This document shows, piece by piece, positions 55,907 to 64,000 of a DNA stretch of 64,000 bases. Each line of letters begins with the position of its first letter. Positions within the stretch are counted from its first letter, which is position 1. The translations under genes and the position numbers were made by a program. Below the pieces are notes generated by a model. The model was not told the origin of the DNA and did no database searches. It saw only the letters and a list, made by a program, of their open reading frames with translations. The stretch comes from Eubacteriales bacterium (GTDB lineage Bacteria; Bacillota; Clostridia; Oscillospirales; CAG-382): contig JAZSRP010000043.1 of assembly GCA_045538555.1 (NCBI GenBank), positions 75,061-139,060 of the forward strand, given 5' to 3'.

Positions 55907-56539
55907 CTATATAAAAAATAAAGTATAAATTATAAGCAAAAATACAAAGCACGATGAGATAAAAAACGCGAAATAATTCAGCAAAGATTTGCTTTGAAAT
56001 ATTGCCCTGCTCCCATAAAAAGCTCTTTTGGAGTAAAAAAAAGCTTCACTGCATTGCAAAGCAACAATAAACAAGAGTGTGCAGGAACCGACGCTCTTTG
56101 CAGCAAACACCGGCACATCAGCAAGAACACGAGGCATGGTTGAGCACGAAAAAAACAAATAAGCTCCGTGAGAAAAAGCAGCAAAAGACTGAATAACAAA
56201 AGGAAAAAACCTGCCAATGACAGTAATTCCTGACAAAAAAACAAGAAACAAAGCAAGCAAAACGAAACGCAGCGAATACACACAATCAAGATAGCTGCAT
56301 CCTGAAAAATCAACACCAAAAACACTGTCATAGCTTGTCCCGCAATAAGAAAAATACACAAATCCAATTGCAGAAAAAAACAAAGCAAAAAGAAGAAATA
56401 ACAAGAAAACACGTTTTCTTTTTGAAAAAGCAGAATCAAATCTGAGCTTTGCAAAAGAAAATATTTTTTCAAAAAACGGTGTTTTGATATGTTGGTTATA
56501 ATACGGAACAAGCGCTTTGGAGTTGCTGTCTGCATTCAT
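55907..56539 (-). CDS. spoIIM: Stage II sporulation protein M-like membrane protein
   Basis: 210 aa with about 5 TM helices. Its size, topology and position next to xerD fit SpoIIM. The call rests on context plus topology. Confidence 0.55.
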   Translation of the reverse strand: MNADSNSKALVPYYNQHIKTPFFEKIFSFAKLRFDSAFSKRKRVFLLFLLFALFFSAIGFVYFSYCGTSYDSVFGVDFSGCSYLDCVYSLRFVLLALFLVFLSGITVIGRFFPFVIQSFAAFSHGAYLFFSCSTMPRVLADVPVFAAKSVGSCTLLFIVALQCSEAFFYSKRAFYGSRAIFQSKSLLNYFAFFISSCFVFLLIIYTLFFI

Positions 56540-56584
56540 TTATATCACCCATTTGAGTGATATGCAAATAACACAAAAATTATG

Positions 56585-57418
56585 TCACAGTTCCTCAGAC
56601 ATTTCGTCAGCACGATTTGTGCAAGCTGTCATAGCTCTTTTTACAGAATCGACAAAACCGTCGTTTTCAAAAGAGTTGAGAGCCGCAAGAGTGGTTCCAT
56701 TGGGAGATGCAACATTCTTTATCAACTGATCAACCGATTCATTGGACTTTTGGATCATCTTTATTGATCCGCGAATTGTTTTCAGAATCAAGGGAAGTGC
56801 TGTTTTTTGATCAATCCCCTGCTCCTCTGCCCCCTCAAGCATAGCTTTTACAAAAAGATACACGTATGCAGGAGAAGAACCAGTAACAGAGATGATAGGA
56901 TTGAGAACAGATTCATCCACCGCAACAACCGTCGCAACAGAAGAAAGTATCTGACACACAAGTTGAAAATCTTTTTTTGTCACACGTTGGTTTTGGGATA
57001 CAGCAATGACGCCCTCACCGACAAAAATGGGAGTAGATGGCATCGTGCGTATGACAGACACATCACGGCCGGCAGATAGCTCGATATGAGAGATAGAAAC
57101 AGCAGCTGCAAAAGAAATTACGACTGCACGATCCAAAAGTCCGTCGATACCCGCAAGCTCCCTCATAACACTGCTTACAATACCGGGCTTAACTGCAAGA
57201 AAAATAAATTTTACATCTTCACAAAGAGCAAAAAGATCGGTGCCGGTTGACATACCGAGCTTTGAAAATCTGTCAAGCTTTGCACTGTCGATATCATAAA
57301 CAGAAATACTGTCAGCAGCAACGGCTCCGGATGAAGCCAGCCCACAGGCAACGGCAGTGGCGATATTTCCCCCACCAACAAAAAGAAGTCTGCCTGACTT
57401 CAACGGCAAGTTTGACAT
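56585..57418 (-). CDS. proC: Pyrroline-5-carboxylate reductase
   Basis: 277 aa. NAD fold LFVGGGNIATAV, MPSTPIFVGEGV, and VASPNGTTLAALNSFE. Confidence 0.9.
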   Translation of the reverse strand: MSNLPLKSGRLLFVGGGNIATAVACGLASSGAVAADSISVYDIDSAKLDRFSKLGMSTGTDLFALCEDVKFIFLAVKPGIVSSVMRELAGIDGLLDRAVVISFAAAVSISHIELSAGRDVSVIRTMPSTPIFVGEGVIAVSQNQRVTKKDFQLVCQILSSVATVVAVDESVLNPIISVTGSSPAYVYLFVKAMLEGAEEQGIDQKTALPLILKTIRGSIKMIQKSNESVDQLIKNVASPNGTTLAALNSFENDGFVDSVKRAMTACTNRADEMSEEL

Positions 57419-57729
57419 ATTATGTACCTCCGATTCAATCGAGCGTGCTTAAACATAATAATACAAAACTCTTTATTTTTCAAGGGGTTTTGAAAAATAA
57501 CCCAAAAATTGTTCATTATGTCAGTATGTTATGTAAACTGTATTATGTCAACATCGGCAACCGACGCACTATGTTGTGCCTTTGCGTTTTGAAAATGTCA
57601 ATATATAGTTTTGAGTCAATGTTAAAAATTTTTTGCACATCTATATATAATGATTGTCGGATTCATTTTCACACAAACACGACCAGCAAAATGCACAAAG
57701 ATATTTTGTCGTTTTGTGATAATAAATTT

Positions 57730-57758
57730 GTTGAAAAACATAGTGCATAATGATATAA
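57730..57758 (+). promoter_or_regulatory. Sigma-A type promoter for the 5'-nucleotidase gene
   Basis: TTGAAA (57730-57735), a 17 nt spacer, then TATAAT (57753-57758). Confidence 0.5.
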
Positions 57759-57794
57759 TAATTAAAAGAATTTAAATTTACACGAGGGTTTGCC

Positions 57795-59720
57795 ATGAAG
57801 CGTTTTGGGTGCTTTTTTCTGTGTCTCGTTATATTGACTTTCCTTCCCTGTTTTTCTGTTTCGTCAGAAAACTCGAACAACGACCTTATCGCTGTTGTTT
57901 TCACACACGACCTGCATTCTCATATCGACTCCTTTTATTACCAAGGTGCGGACATTGGCGGGTTTGCACGTATAAAAACATTTGCCGACCAGACAAAAAA
58001 CAGCTACACCAACACCCTTGTCGTTGACGGCGGGGATTTCTCCATGGGCACTCTTTACCAAGCATTGTACCGTTCAGATGCCGTCGAACTTTCTTTAATG
58101 GCCGACATAGGTTATGATGCAATCGCATTGGGGAACCACGAGTTTGACTGTTCTTTTCAGGGATTGGTTGACATGATCGGAGCTGCACAAAAGAGCAGGA
58201 CCGCACTGCCCCCTCTACTTTGCGCCAACCTTACAGTCTCTGATCAGCATTCCGAATTTTTCGGCAAAAACCTTGCATCAGTCTCTCAGCTTGGGATCAA
58301 GGAATATATTATCACCCAAACTGACGGATATTCCGTTGCAATATTTGGACTTTTTGGCACCAACGCCATTTCTGTCACACCAAACGGCGGCGTAAGTGCA
58401 ACTGACCCCATTGAGACTGCCAAACGTGTTGTATCCGAGATAAAATCTGTCCATGATCCCGACCTTATCATTTGCCTGTCCCACGGAGGCACCGGCAAAA
58501 ACGTGGACGATGAGGATATACTACTCGCAGAGGAAGTGTCCGATATCGACCTGATCGTCAGCGGTCACACCCACACAACTCTCACTACTCCCATCACTGT
58601 CAACAATACACATATTGTGTCCTGCGGCGAGTACGGCATAAATATCGGCAGAATTATTTTAAAAAGGAATTCCGGCAGATTTTCTGTCGCAAGCTATTCT
58701 GTATCACAACTTGATTCTGCTATTAATGAGGATGTTGGCATTCTTGAATCAATCGAAAGCTTCAAACCAAACATTGACGGCTTTGTCCGCCAATACGGAT
58801 TTGAAAGCTACAACCAGAATATTTGCAACAACGCATTTGACAGCAGTATTTTTGTTGTCAAAAATGAGTTGTCAGAGTCAACTCTCGGAAATATTATCTC
58901 CGACTCATATATTGCAGCGGTACAAAAAGCAGAGGGCGACAACTATATCCCGATTGATGTTTCCATTGTACCCAGAGGAGTTATACGGCAGGATCTCAAG
59001 AATGGCCTCATCACCGTTTCCGACGCTTTTGAAGTGCTATCACTTGGAATGGGCGCAGACGGTACTCCGGGATATCCAATCTGCTCTGTTTATCTCACTG
59101 GTAAAGAACTGAAAACCATTGCAGAGGTTGACGCATCCGTCTCTGTTCTCATGTCAGAGTCACAGCTCTATTTTTCGGGAATGCGTTCTTTTATCAACAA
59201 AAACAGGATGCTTCTCAACCGAGTATACGACTGCGTTTTGACAAAAAACGGCGTTGATGTGCAGATTGATGACGAAAAACTGTACAGAGTCGTATCCGGA
59301 CTGTATTCTGCACAGATGCTGGGAACCGTCGAGTCCAAATCCTTTGGGCTTATGTCTATCACTCCAAAAGACATTAATGGCACGCCGATTACCGATTTTA
59401 ATCAACACATTGTCAAGCACTCAAATGGCACCGAGGTAAAAGAATGGGTAGCATTTGCGGATTTTCTCAACTCTTTTCAAAAAGGATCTGACGGAATCCC
59501 TGCCATTCCATCAGATTATGCCGTTTTTCAACAACGCAAAAATATTTCTGACAATTTTTCTTTTTCGGAAATGTTGAAAAATTGGAATTTCATTTCATTT
59601 ACCGTGCTGGGCATATTTATATTCATTTGTATTGTCGTTGTATTGATAGTTGTTTGTATCAAAAAAAGAAAAAAGAAAAAGCGCAAAGCAATTCTTGCCC
59701 AGAGCTTTGAGGAAGATTGA
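57795..59720 (+). CDS. Bifunctional metallophosphatase/5'-nucleotidase family surface protein with C-terminal TM anchor
   Basis: 641 aa. It has a signal peptide and MPE motifs (THDLHSH, GGDFSMG, GNHEFD, SGHTH). A 5'-nucleotidase C-terminal domain region is followed by a TM helix and a KKRKKKKRK tail. Confidence 0.85.
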   Translation: MKRFGCFFLCLVILTFLPCFSVSSENSNNDLIAVVFTHDLHSHIDSFYYQGADIGGFARIKTFADQTKNSYTNTLVVDGGDFSMGTLYQALYRSDAVELSLMADIGYDAIALGNHEFDCSFQGLVDMIGAAQKSRTALPPLLCANLTVSDQHSEFFGKNLASVSQLGIKEYIITQTDGYSVAIFGLFGTNAISVTPNGGVSATDPIETAKRVVSEIKSVHDPDLIICLSHGGTGKNVDDEDILLAEEVSDIDLIVSGHTHTTLTTPITVNNTHIVSCGEYGINIGRIILKRNSGRFSVASYSVSQLDSAINEDVGILESIESFKPNIDGFVRQYGFESYNQNICNNAFDSSIFVVKNELSESTLGNIISDSYIAAVQKAEGDNYIPIDVSIVPRGVIRQDLKNGLITVSDAFEVLSLGMGADGTPGYPICSVYLTGKELKTIAEVDASVSVLMSESQLYFSGMRSFINKNRMLLNRVYDCVLTKNGVDVQIDDEKLYRVVSGLYSAQMLGTVESKSFGLMSITPKDINGTPITDFNQHIVKHSNGTEVKEWVAFADFLNSFQKGSDGIPAIPSDYAVFQQRKNISDNFSFSEMLKNWNFISFTVLGIFIFICIVVVLIVVCIKKRKKKKRKAILAQSFEED

Positions 59721-59732
59721 CGAGGTTTTTCT

Positions 59733-60686
59733 ATGCGTGAGATCATTGTCGGAAAAAACGACGCAGGTCAACGAATCGACAAATTTTTGACAAAAAAATA
59801 TCCCGCAATGCCTTTTTCGCTTATGTACAAGCTGATCCGAAAAAAGCAGATTACAATCAACAGAAAGAGGATCACCGAAAAGCAGATCCTATTGGAAAAC
59901 GACAGGATTTTGATTTTTGCACCCGAAGATATTTTTTCTGAAAAACAGGGCGAGAATTTCTTGGGGCTCAAAAAGGATTTCTTTGTAGTATATGAGGATG
60001 ACAACATTCTTATTGTTGACAAACCCTCCGGGCTTCTTGTACATTCCGATGACTCAAACTCCCGAAATACACTTATCAACCAAATCAAATCATACCTTTT
60101 TGAAAAGCAGGAATATGACCCGGATAAAGAAAACTGTTTTGCCCCTTCCCTTTGCAACCGCATAGACCGAAATACACAAGGGCTTGTCATAGCTGCAAAA
60201 AACGCTCAGTCCCTACGGGACATGAACGAGATCATCAAGGAGCGCGAGATTGAAAAAACTTATCTTGCGGTCGTTCACGGAATTTTGGAAAAAAAGCATG
60301 ACCAAATCACGCTATTTCTCGAAAAAAACCAAAAATCCAATATCGTAACGGTAGTTGACAAAAAGACAAGCAGATCAAAAACAGCCGTCACGCAGTACCG
60401 AATGATTGCGCAAAACAAGCATCGTGATCTTTCTCTTTTGGAAATACAACTTATCACAGGAAGAACACATCAAATCAGAGCCACATTTTCTCACCTTGGA
60501 CATCCACTCCTCGGCGACGGAAAATATGCAATAAATAAGTCAGACAGAGAAATGGGATATGACAACCAAGCACTCTGCGCTTATATGCTCACTTTCAAGG
60601 GATGTAAAAAAAGAGAGGCCCTTGGTTATTTGGAAGGAAAAACCTTCACCGCCAAGGAACCTCTGTTTTTGAACCTGTTTGACTGA
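59733..60686 (+). CDS. RluA-family pseudouridine synthase with N-terminal S4 domain
   Basis: 317 aa. NRIDRNTQGLVIAAKN (catalytic Asp) and GRTHQIRATFSHLGHPLLGDGKY. Confidence 0.9.
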   Translation: MREIIVGKNDAGQRIDKFLTKKYPAMPFSLMYKLIRKKQITINRKRITEKQILLENDRILIFAPEDIFSEKQGENFLGLKKDFFVVYEDDNILIVDKPSGLLVHSDDSNSRNTLINQIKSYLFEKQEYDPDKENCFAPSLCNRIDRNTQGLVIAAKNAQSLRDMNEIIKEREIEKTYLAVVHGILEKKHDQITLFLEKNQKSNIVTVVDKKTSRSKTAVTQYRMIAQNKHRDLSLLEIQLITGRTHQIRATFSHLGHPLLGDGKYAINKSDREMGYDNQALCAYMLTFKGCKKREALGYLEGKTFTAKEPLFLNLFD

Positions 60687-60690
60687 TTTT

Positions 60691-61986
60691 TCAAATTTCG
60701 TTTTTTATCATATCTTCGTATGATTCACGCTTGATGATGAGTCGATCTTCTCCGTCACGGATCATCACAGCGGCAGGACGGGGAACTCTGTTGTAGTTGG
60801 AAGCCATACTGTAATTGTATGCTCCGGTAACCGCTACTGCAAGTACGTCGCCTCTGGAAAACTCGGGGACGGGCATATTTTCACCGATCAGATCGTCACT
60901 TTCGCAGCATCTTCCTGCGACAGTGGCGATTTTGTTTCGCTCCGCAAGGGCTTTATTGGCATTGTAAACGGTGTATTTTGACTGATACAGCGCATATCTG
61001 GGATTGTCACACATACCACCGTCAACGCAAACATAATCTTTGTATCCAACAATATTTTTTTCAGATCCGACGGTATAAAGCGTCATTCCTGCATCAGCGC
61101 ATACAAAACGGCCCATCTCAAAAAGAAATATCGGATGATCAAGTCCACGTTCATCAACCATTTTGTCGAGTTCCGCCTTGATTTCACTCATTACATCACG
61201 CAACGAGATCATTGGATCAGAATCAACGTATCTTACACCAATCCCGCCGCCGAGATTGATTTTTTGAAAACGGAATCCAAGCAGTTTTTTCACTTCCAGT
61301 GAAAAATCAAGCATTGCACTTGCCGCATCGGTAAATGGATATTTATCAAAAATCTGGCTTCCGATATGACAATGAATACCCTCCACCTCAAGATTTTTGC
61401 ACCCGATTGCCTCCTCAACAAAGCCCATTGCCTGGCCTGTCGCAATAGGAACCCCAAACTTTGAATCAACGTTTCCTGTCACCACCGCCCTGTGAGTATG
61501 CGGGTCAATACCGGGAGAAACACGAAGCAAAACCTTTTGTTTTATGCCTCTTTTTTGTGCTGCAGAATCAAGGTATCTCAATTCCTCAAAATTGTCAACC
61601 ACAAACCCGCCGATGCCGCTGTCAATAGCATAATCGATTTCCGAAACAGTCTTGTTGTTGCCGTGAAAATATATCTTTTCAGCAGGAAAATCAACAGAAA
61701 GCGCAGTATATAGCTCACCGCCGGATACAACGTCAATACCAAGCCCTTCTGATGCAACGACCCTGTATACCTCTCTGCAGCAAAGAGCTTTGCTGGCATA
61801 GAGAGGCAGACTGTCAGAGCCAAAAAATTCTCTTACGGTATCACTGTAAATACGGCAATTTCGGCGGAGTCTGTTTTCGTCAAAAAGGTACAACGGAGTA
61901 CCGTATTTTTTTGCAAGCTCGACTGTATCCGCACCACAAAATCCAAGGTGGCCGTTTTCAAGTGCAGAAATGTTAGAATGTATCAT
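60691..61986 (-). CDS. lysA: Diaminopimelate decarboxylase
   Basis: 431 aa counting from the ATG at 61986 (GGAG RBS). The track's longer N-terminus overlaps engB and looks non-genuine. YGTPLYLFDE, the PLP-Lys region YASKAL, and CESDD are present. Confidence 0.92.
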   Translation of the reverse strand: MIHSNISALENGHLGFCGADTVELAKKYGTPLYLFDENRLRRNCRIYSDTVREFFGSDSLPLYASKALCCREVYRVVASEGLGIDVVSGGELYTALSVDFPAEKIYFHGNNKTVSEIDYAIDSGIGGFVVDNFEELRYLDSAAQKRGIKQKVLLRVSPGIDPHTHRAVVTGNVDSKFGVPIATGQAMGFVEEAIGCKNLEVEGIHCHIGSQIFDKYPFTDAASAMLDFSLEVKKLLGFRFQKINLGGGIGVRYVDSDPMISLRDVMSEIKAELDKMVDERGLDHPIFLFEMGRFVCADAGMTLYTVGSEKNIVGYKDYVCVDGGMCDNPRYALYQSKYTVYNANKALAERNKIATVAGRCCESDDLIGENMPVPEFSRGDVLAVAVTGAYNYSMASNYNRVPRPAAVMIRDGEDRLIIKRESYEDMIKNEI

Positions 61987-62599
61987 CTTTGTCTCCAAAT
62001 GCGTATTTGAGAATTGTGTCCCACAAAACATCACGGCCGATGTTTTTGAGGGAAGAATACAGTACAACAGAAGTATTGCTTCGCAGATAAGGATTTGTAA
62101 CAAGTTCTGCAGTAGCTGCATTCAGATTTGTTTTGTTTAGCTTATCACACTTTGTGGCAACAACAACGTATGGGATTTCATAGTGATCAAGATACCCCAG
62201 CATCATTTTGTCATCCTCTGTGATACCGACCTTTATATCCACCAACTGAAGCACAAGTGCCAGCATCGGATTTGATTCAAAAAAGCTTTCGGTTAAAGAA
62301 GACCATTTGACAATATCAGACTTTGCTCTGCGGGCAAAACCATAGCCGGGAAGATCAACTAGTGTGAGCTTTTTGTCAACCTCATAGTAGTTGACAGTGA
62401 TTGTTTTTCCCGGTTCAGAGCTGACGCGTGCCAGCTTTTTTCTGCCGAGAAGTGAATTTATCAACGAACTTTTTCCAACGTTTGATCTGCCCGAAAATGC
62501 CACCTGCGGGCATCCGCTCTTTATGAGCTGTGACGGAAGACCTGCTGTCATACGCAGATCAACATTGTGCAGGTTCAAAGAACCGAATTTCATTTCCAT
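61973..62599 (-). CDS. engB: Ribosome biogenesis GTPase YihA/YsxC (EngB)
   Basis: About 208 aa. GRSNVGKSSLINSLLG, DLPGYG, and TKCDK. The lon-engB order is conserved. The start is uncertain (62599, 62593, or the TTG at 62617). Confidence 0.9.
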   Translation of the reverse strand: MEMKFGSLNLHNVDLRMTAGLPSQLIKSGCPQVAFSGRSNVGKSSLINSLLGRKKLARVSSEPGKTITVNYYEVDKKLTLVDLPGYGFARRAKSDIVKWSSLTESFFESNPMLALVLQLVDIKVGITEDDKMMLGYLDHYEIPYVVVATKCDKLNKTNLNAATAELVTNPYLRSNTSVVLYSSLKNIGRDVLWDTILKYAFGDKDDTF

Positions 62600-62600
62600 A

Positions 62601-64000
62601 TCACTTGTTGAGCGCAATTTCCAGCACCTGTGAAATATGAGTCACAGGAACAAATTTTATTGCGTTTTTAACCTCATCCTCAAATTGATAAATATCCGGC
62701 TCATTCTCAGCAGGAATTACCACAACATCAGCACCGCATTTATACGCGGCCATGGATTTTTCCTTGAGTCCGCCGATAGGCAATACACGGCCGGTGAGCG
62801 TAATCTCACCCGTCATACATACGTTTTGTTTGACCGATCTGCCCGTCAACTCGCTGACCAATGCAGTGGCGATTGTGATCCCTGCCGACGGGCCGTCCTT
62901 TGGAATTGCGCCTTCGGGTACATGGATGTGTATATCAAGATTTGAATAGAAATCTGCAGGAACGTTTAGCTCATCGCAATGCTTGCGTATATAACTCACT
63001 GCTGCCCTTGCGCTCTCTTTCATTACATCCCCAAGATGCCCTGTGAGCTCCAGTTTTCCGTTGCCTTTCATGGATGTGACCTCTATTCTCAGCATTTCTC
63101 CGCCGAGCGAAGTCCAGGCAAGCCCGTTTACAATACCAACCTCATCTTTTTTATAGATGTGATCGGGAATGTACTTTTCAGGACCGAGAAGCTCTTTTAT
63201 CATCTCAGGTGTCACATGAACTCTTGTCTTTCCTTCTACAATAAGTTTGGCACACTTTCTGCACACGGATGCGATCTCACGTTCAAGTCCTCTTACACCG
63301 TTCTCGCGGGTATATGAGCTGATAAGAGTGCGAATTGAGTCATCACTGAATCTGCACATACTTGCCTTGAGACCGTGGTTCTTGAGTTGTTTTTTGACAA
63401 GATGATTTTTTGCAATAGAAAGCTTTTCGTTATCGGAATAGCTGTCCATGCGTATAATCTCAAGCCGATCAAGAAGGGGTGCCGGAATGGTGTCGGTCGT
63501 GTTTGCGGTAGCAATAAACAGACATTCTGAAAGATCAACAGGTATCTCCACAAAGTTGTCGCGGAAACTGCTGTTTTGCTCAACGTCCAAAACCTCAAGC
63601 ATTGCACTTGTAGGATCGCCGTGCATATCACGAGTCAGCTTGTCAAGCTCATCAAAAAGCATGACGGGATTTTTTGTTCCCGCAATTTTGAGAGCATTTA
63701 TGATCCTGCCGGGCATCGAACCGATATATGTACGCCTGTGGCCTCTGATCTCTGCCTCATCACGGATACCGCCGAGGGAGATGCGTACAAATTTTTTATT
63801 TACCGCTCTTGCAATGGATCTTGCAACAGATGTTTTTCCTACACCGGGAGGTCCGACGAGACAGAGAATCTGCCCCTTGAGATCCGGTTTGAGTTGTTTT
63901 ACGGCAAGAAACTCAATAATACGTTCTTTCACCTTTTCAATCCCGTCATGGTCGCTGTCAAGTATTTTTCGGGCGGCTTCTATGTCAAGACGGTCCTTGC
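62601..64000 (-). CDS. lon: ATP-dependent Lon protease (partial, N-terminus beyond the window's right edge)
   Basis: The frame stays open to position 64000 (upstream translation ...ILDSDHDGIEKVKERIIEFLAV). Walker A GPPGVGKTS, and the protease domain with the catalytic Ser in PKDGPSAGITIATAL. Confidence 0.95.
   Translation of the reverse strand, partial: KDRLDIEAARKILDSDHDGIEKVKERIIEFLAVKQLKPDLKGQILCLVGPPGVGKTSVARSIARAVNKKFVRISLGGIRDEAEIRGHRRTYIGSMPGRIINALKIAGTKNPVMLFDELDKLTRDMHGDPTSAMLEVLDVEQNSSFRDNFVEIPVDLSECLFIATANTTDTIPAPLLDRLEIIRMDSYSDNEKLSIAKNHLVKKQLKNHGLKASMCRFSDDSIRTLISSYTRENGVRGLEREIASVCRKCAKLIVEGKTRVHVTPEMIKELLGPEKYIPDHIYKKDEVGIVNGLAWTSLGGEMLRIEVTSMKGNGKLELTGHLGDVMKESARAAVSYIRKHCDELNVPADFYSNLDIHIHVPEGAIPKDGPSAGITIATALVSELTGRSVKQNVCMTGEITLTGRVLPIGGLKEKSMAAYKCGADVVVIPAENEPDIYQFEDEVKNAIKFVPVTHISQVLEIALNK

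Noticed and set aside
55978-56535. 185 aa alternative-frame ORF on the same strand as the spoIIM-like gene
   Set aside because: The 210 aa frame gives a coherent 5-TM protein with a start next to proC. The alternative frame is Leu/Phe/Cys-rich nonsense.
1-64000. CRISPR arrays, rRNA and tRNA genes
   Set aside because: I saw no spaced direct-repeat arrays and no tRNA-like T-arm or acceptor signatures on reading through the intergenic regions. This is a visual scan only. tRNAscan or Infernal would be needed to exclude small RNAs.

Overview
This is a 64 kb chromosomal segment from a low-GC Gram-positive spore-former, probably Clostridia (it carries spoIIM and a cwlD-like amidase; all calls rest on reading the translations, no searches were run). 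Most of it is housekeeping: glyA, the phoH-ybeY-era-recO-mutS2 block, thyA-folA, serS, parA/parB, radA, proC, lysA, engB and lon. These are mixed with many cell-envelope genes: a fibro-slime-domain protein, two CapA proteins, a GHL10 hydrolase, a 1148 aa metallophosphoesterase, a cohesin-like anchor, an Lnt homolog and a MORN-repeat protein. The standout is a compact AT-rich island at about 47.86-53.52 kb with 13 tightly packed ORFs, all on the minus strand. It reads as an integrated filamentous-phage (inovirus-like) prophage: a Rep_1/HUH rolling-circle initiator, a Zot/pI-like P-loop ATPase, two tandem 59/60 aa coat-like genes, several tiny membrane proteins, a pIII-like anchored protein, a pV-sized ORF, and a hairpin-rich intergenic region. 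The island is bracketed by an exact 18 bp direct repeat that lies in the same reading phase in the Rep 3' end and in an ORF at the far end. This suggests integration through a site inside the phage rep gene. The island encodes no integrase. No rRNA, tRNA or CRISPR was recognised by eye.
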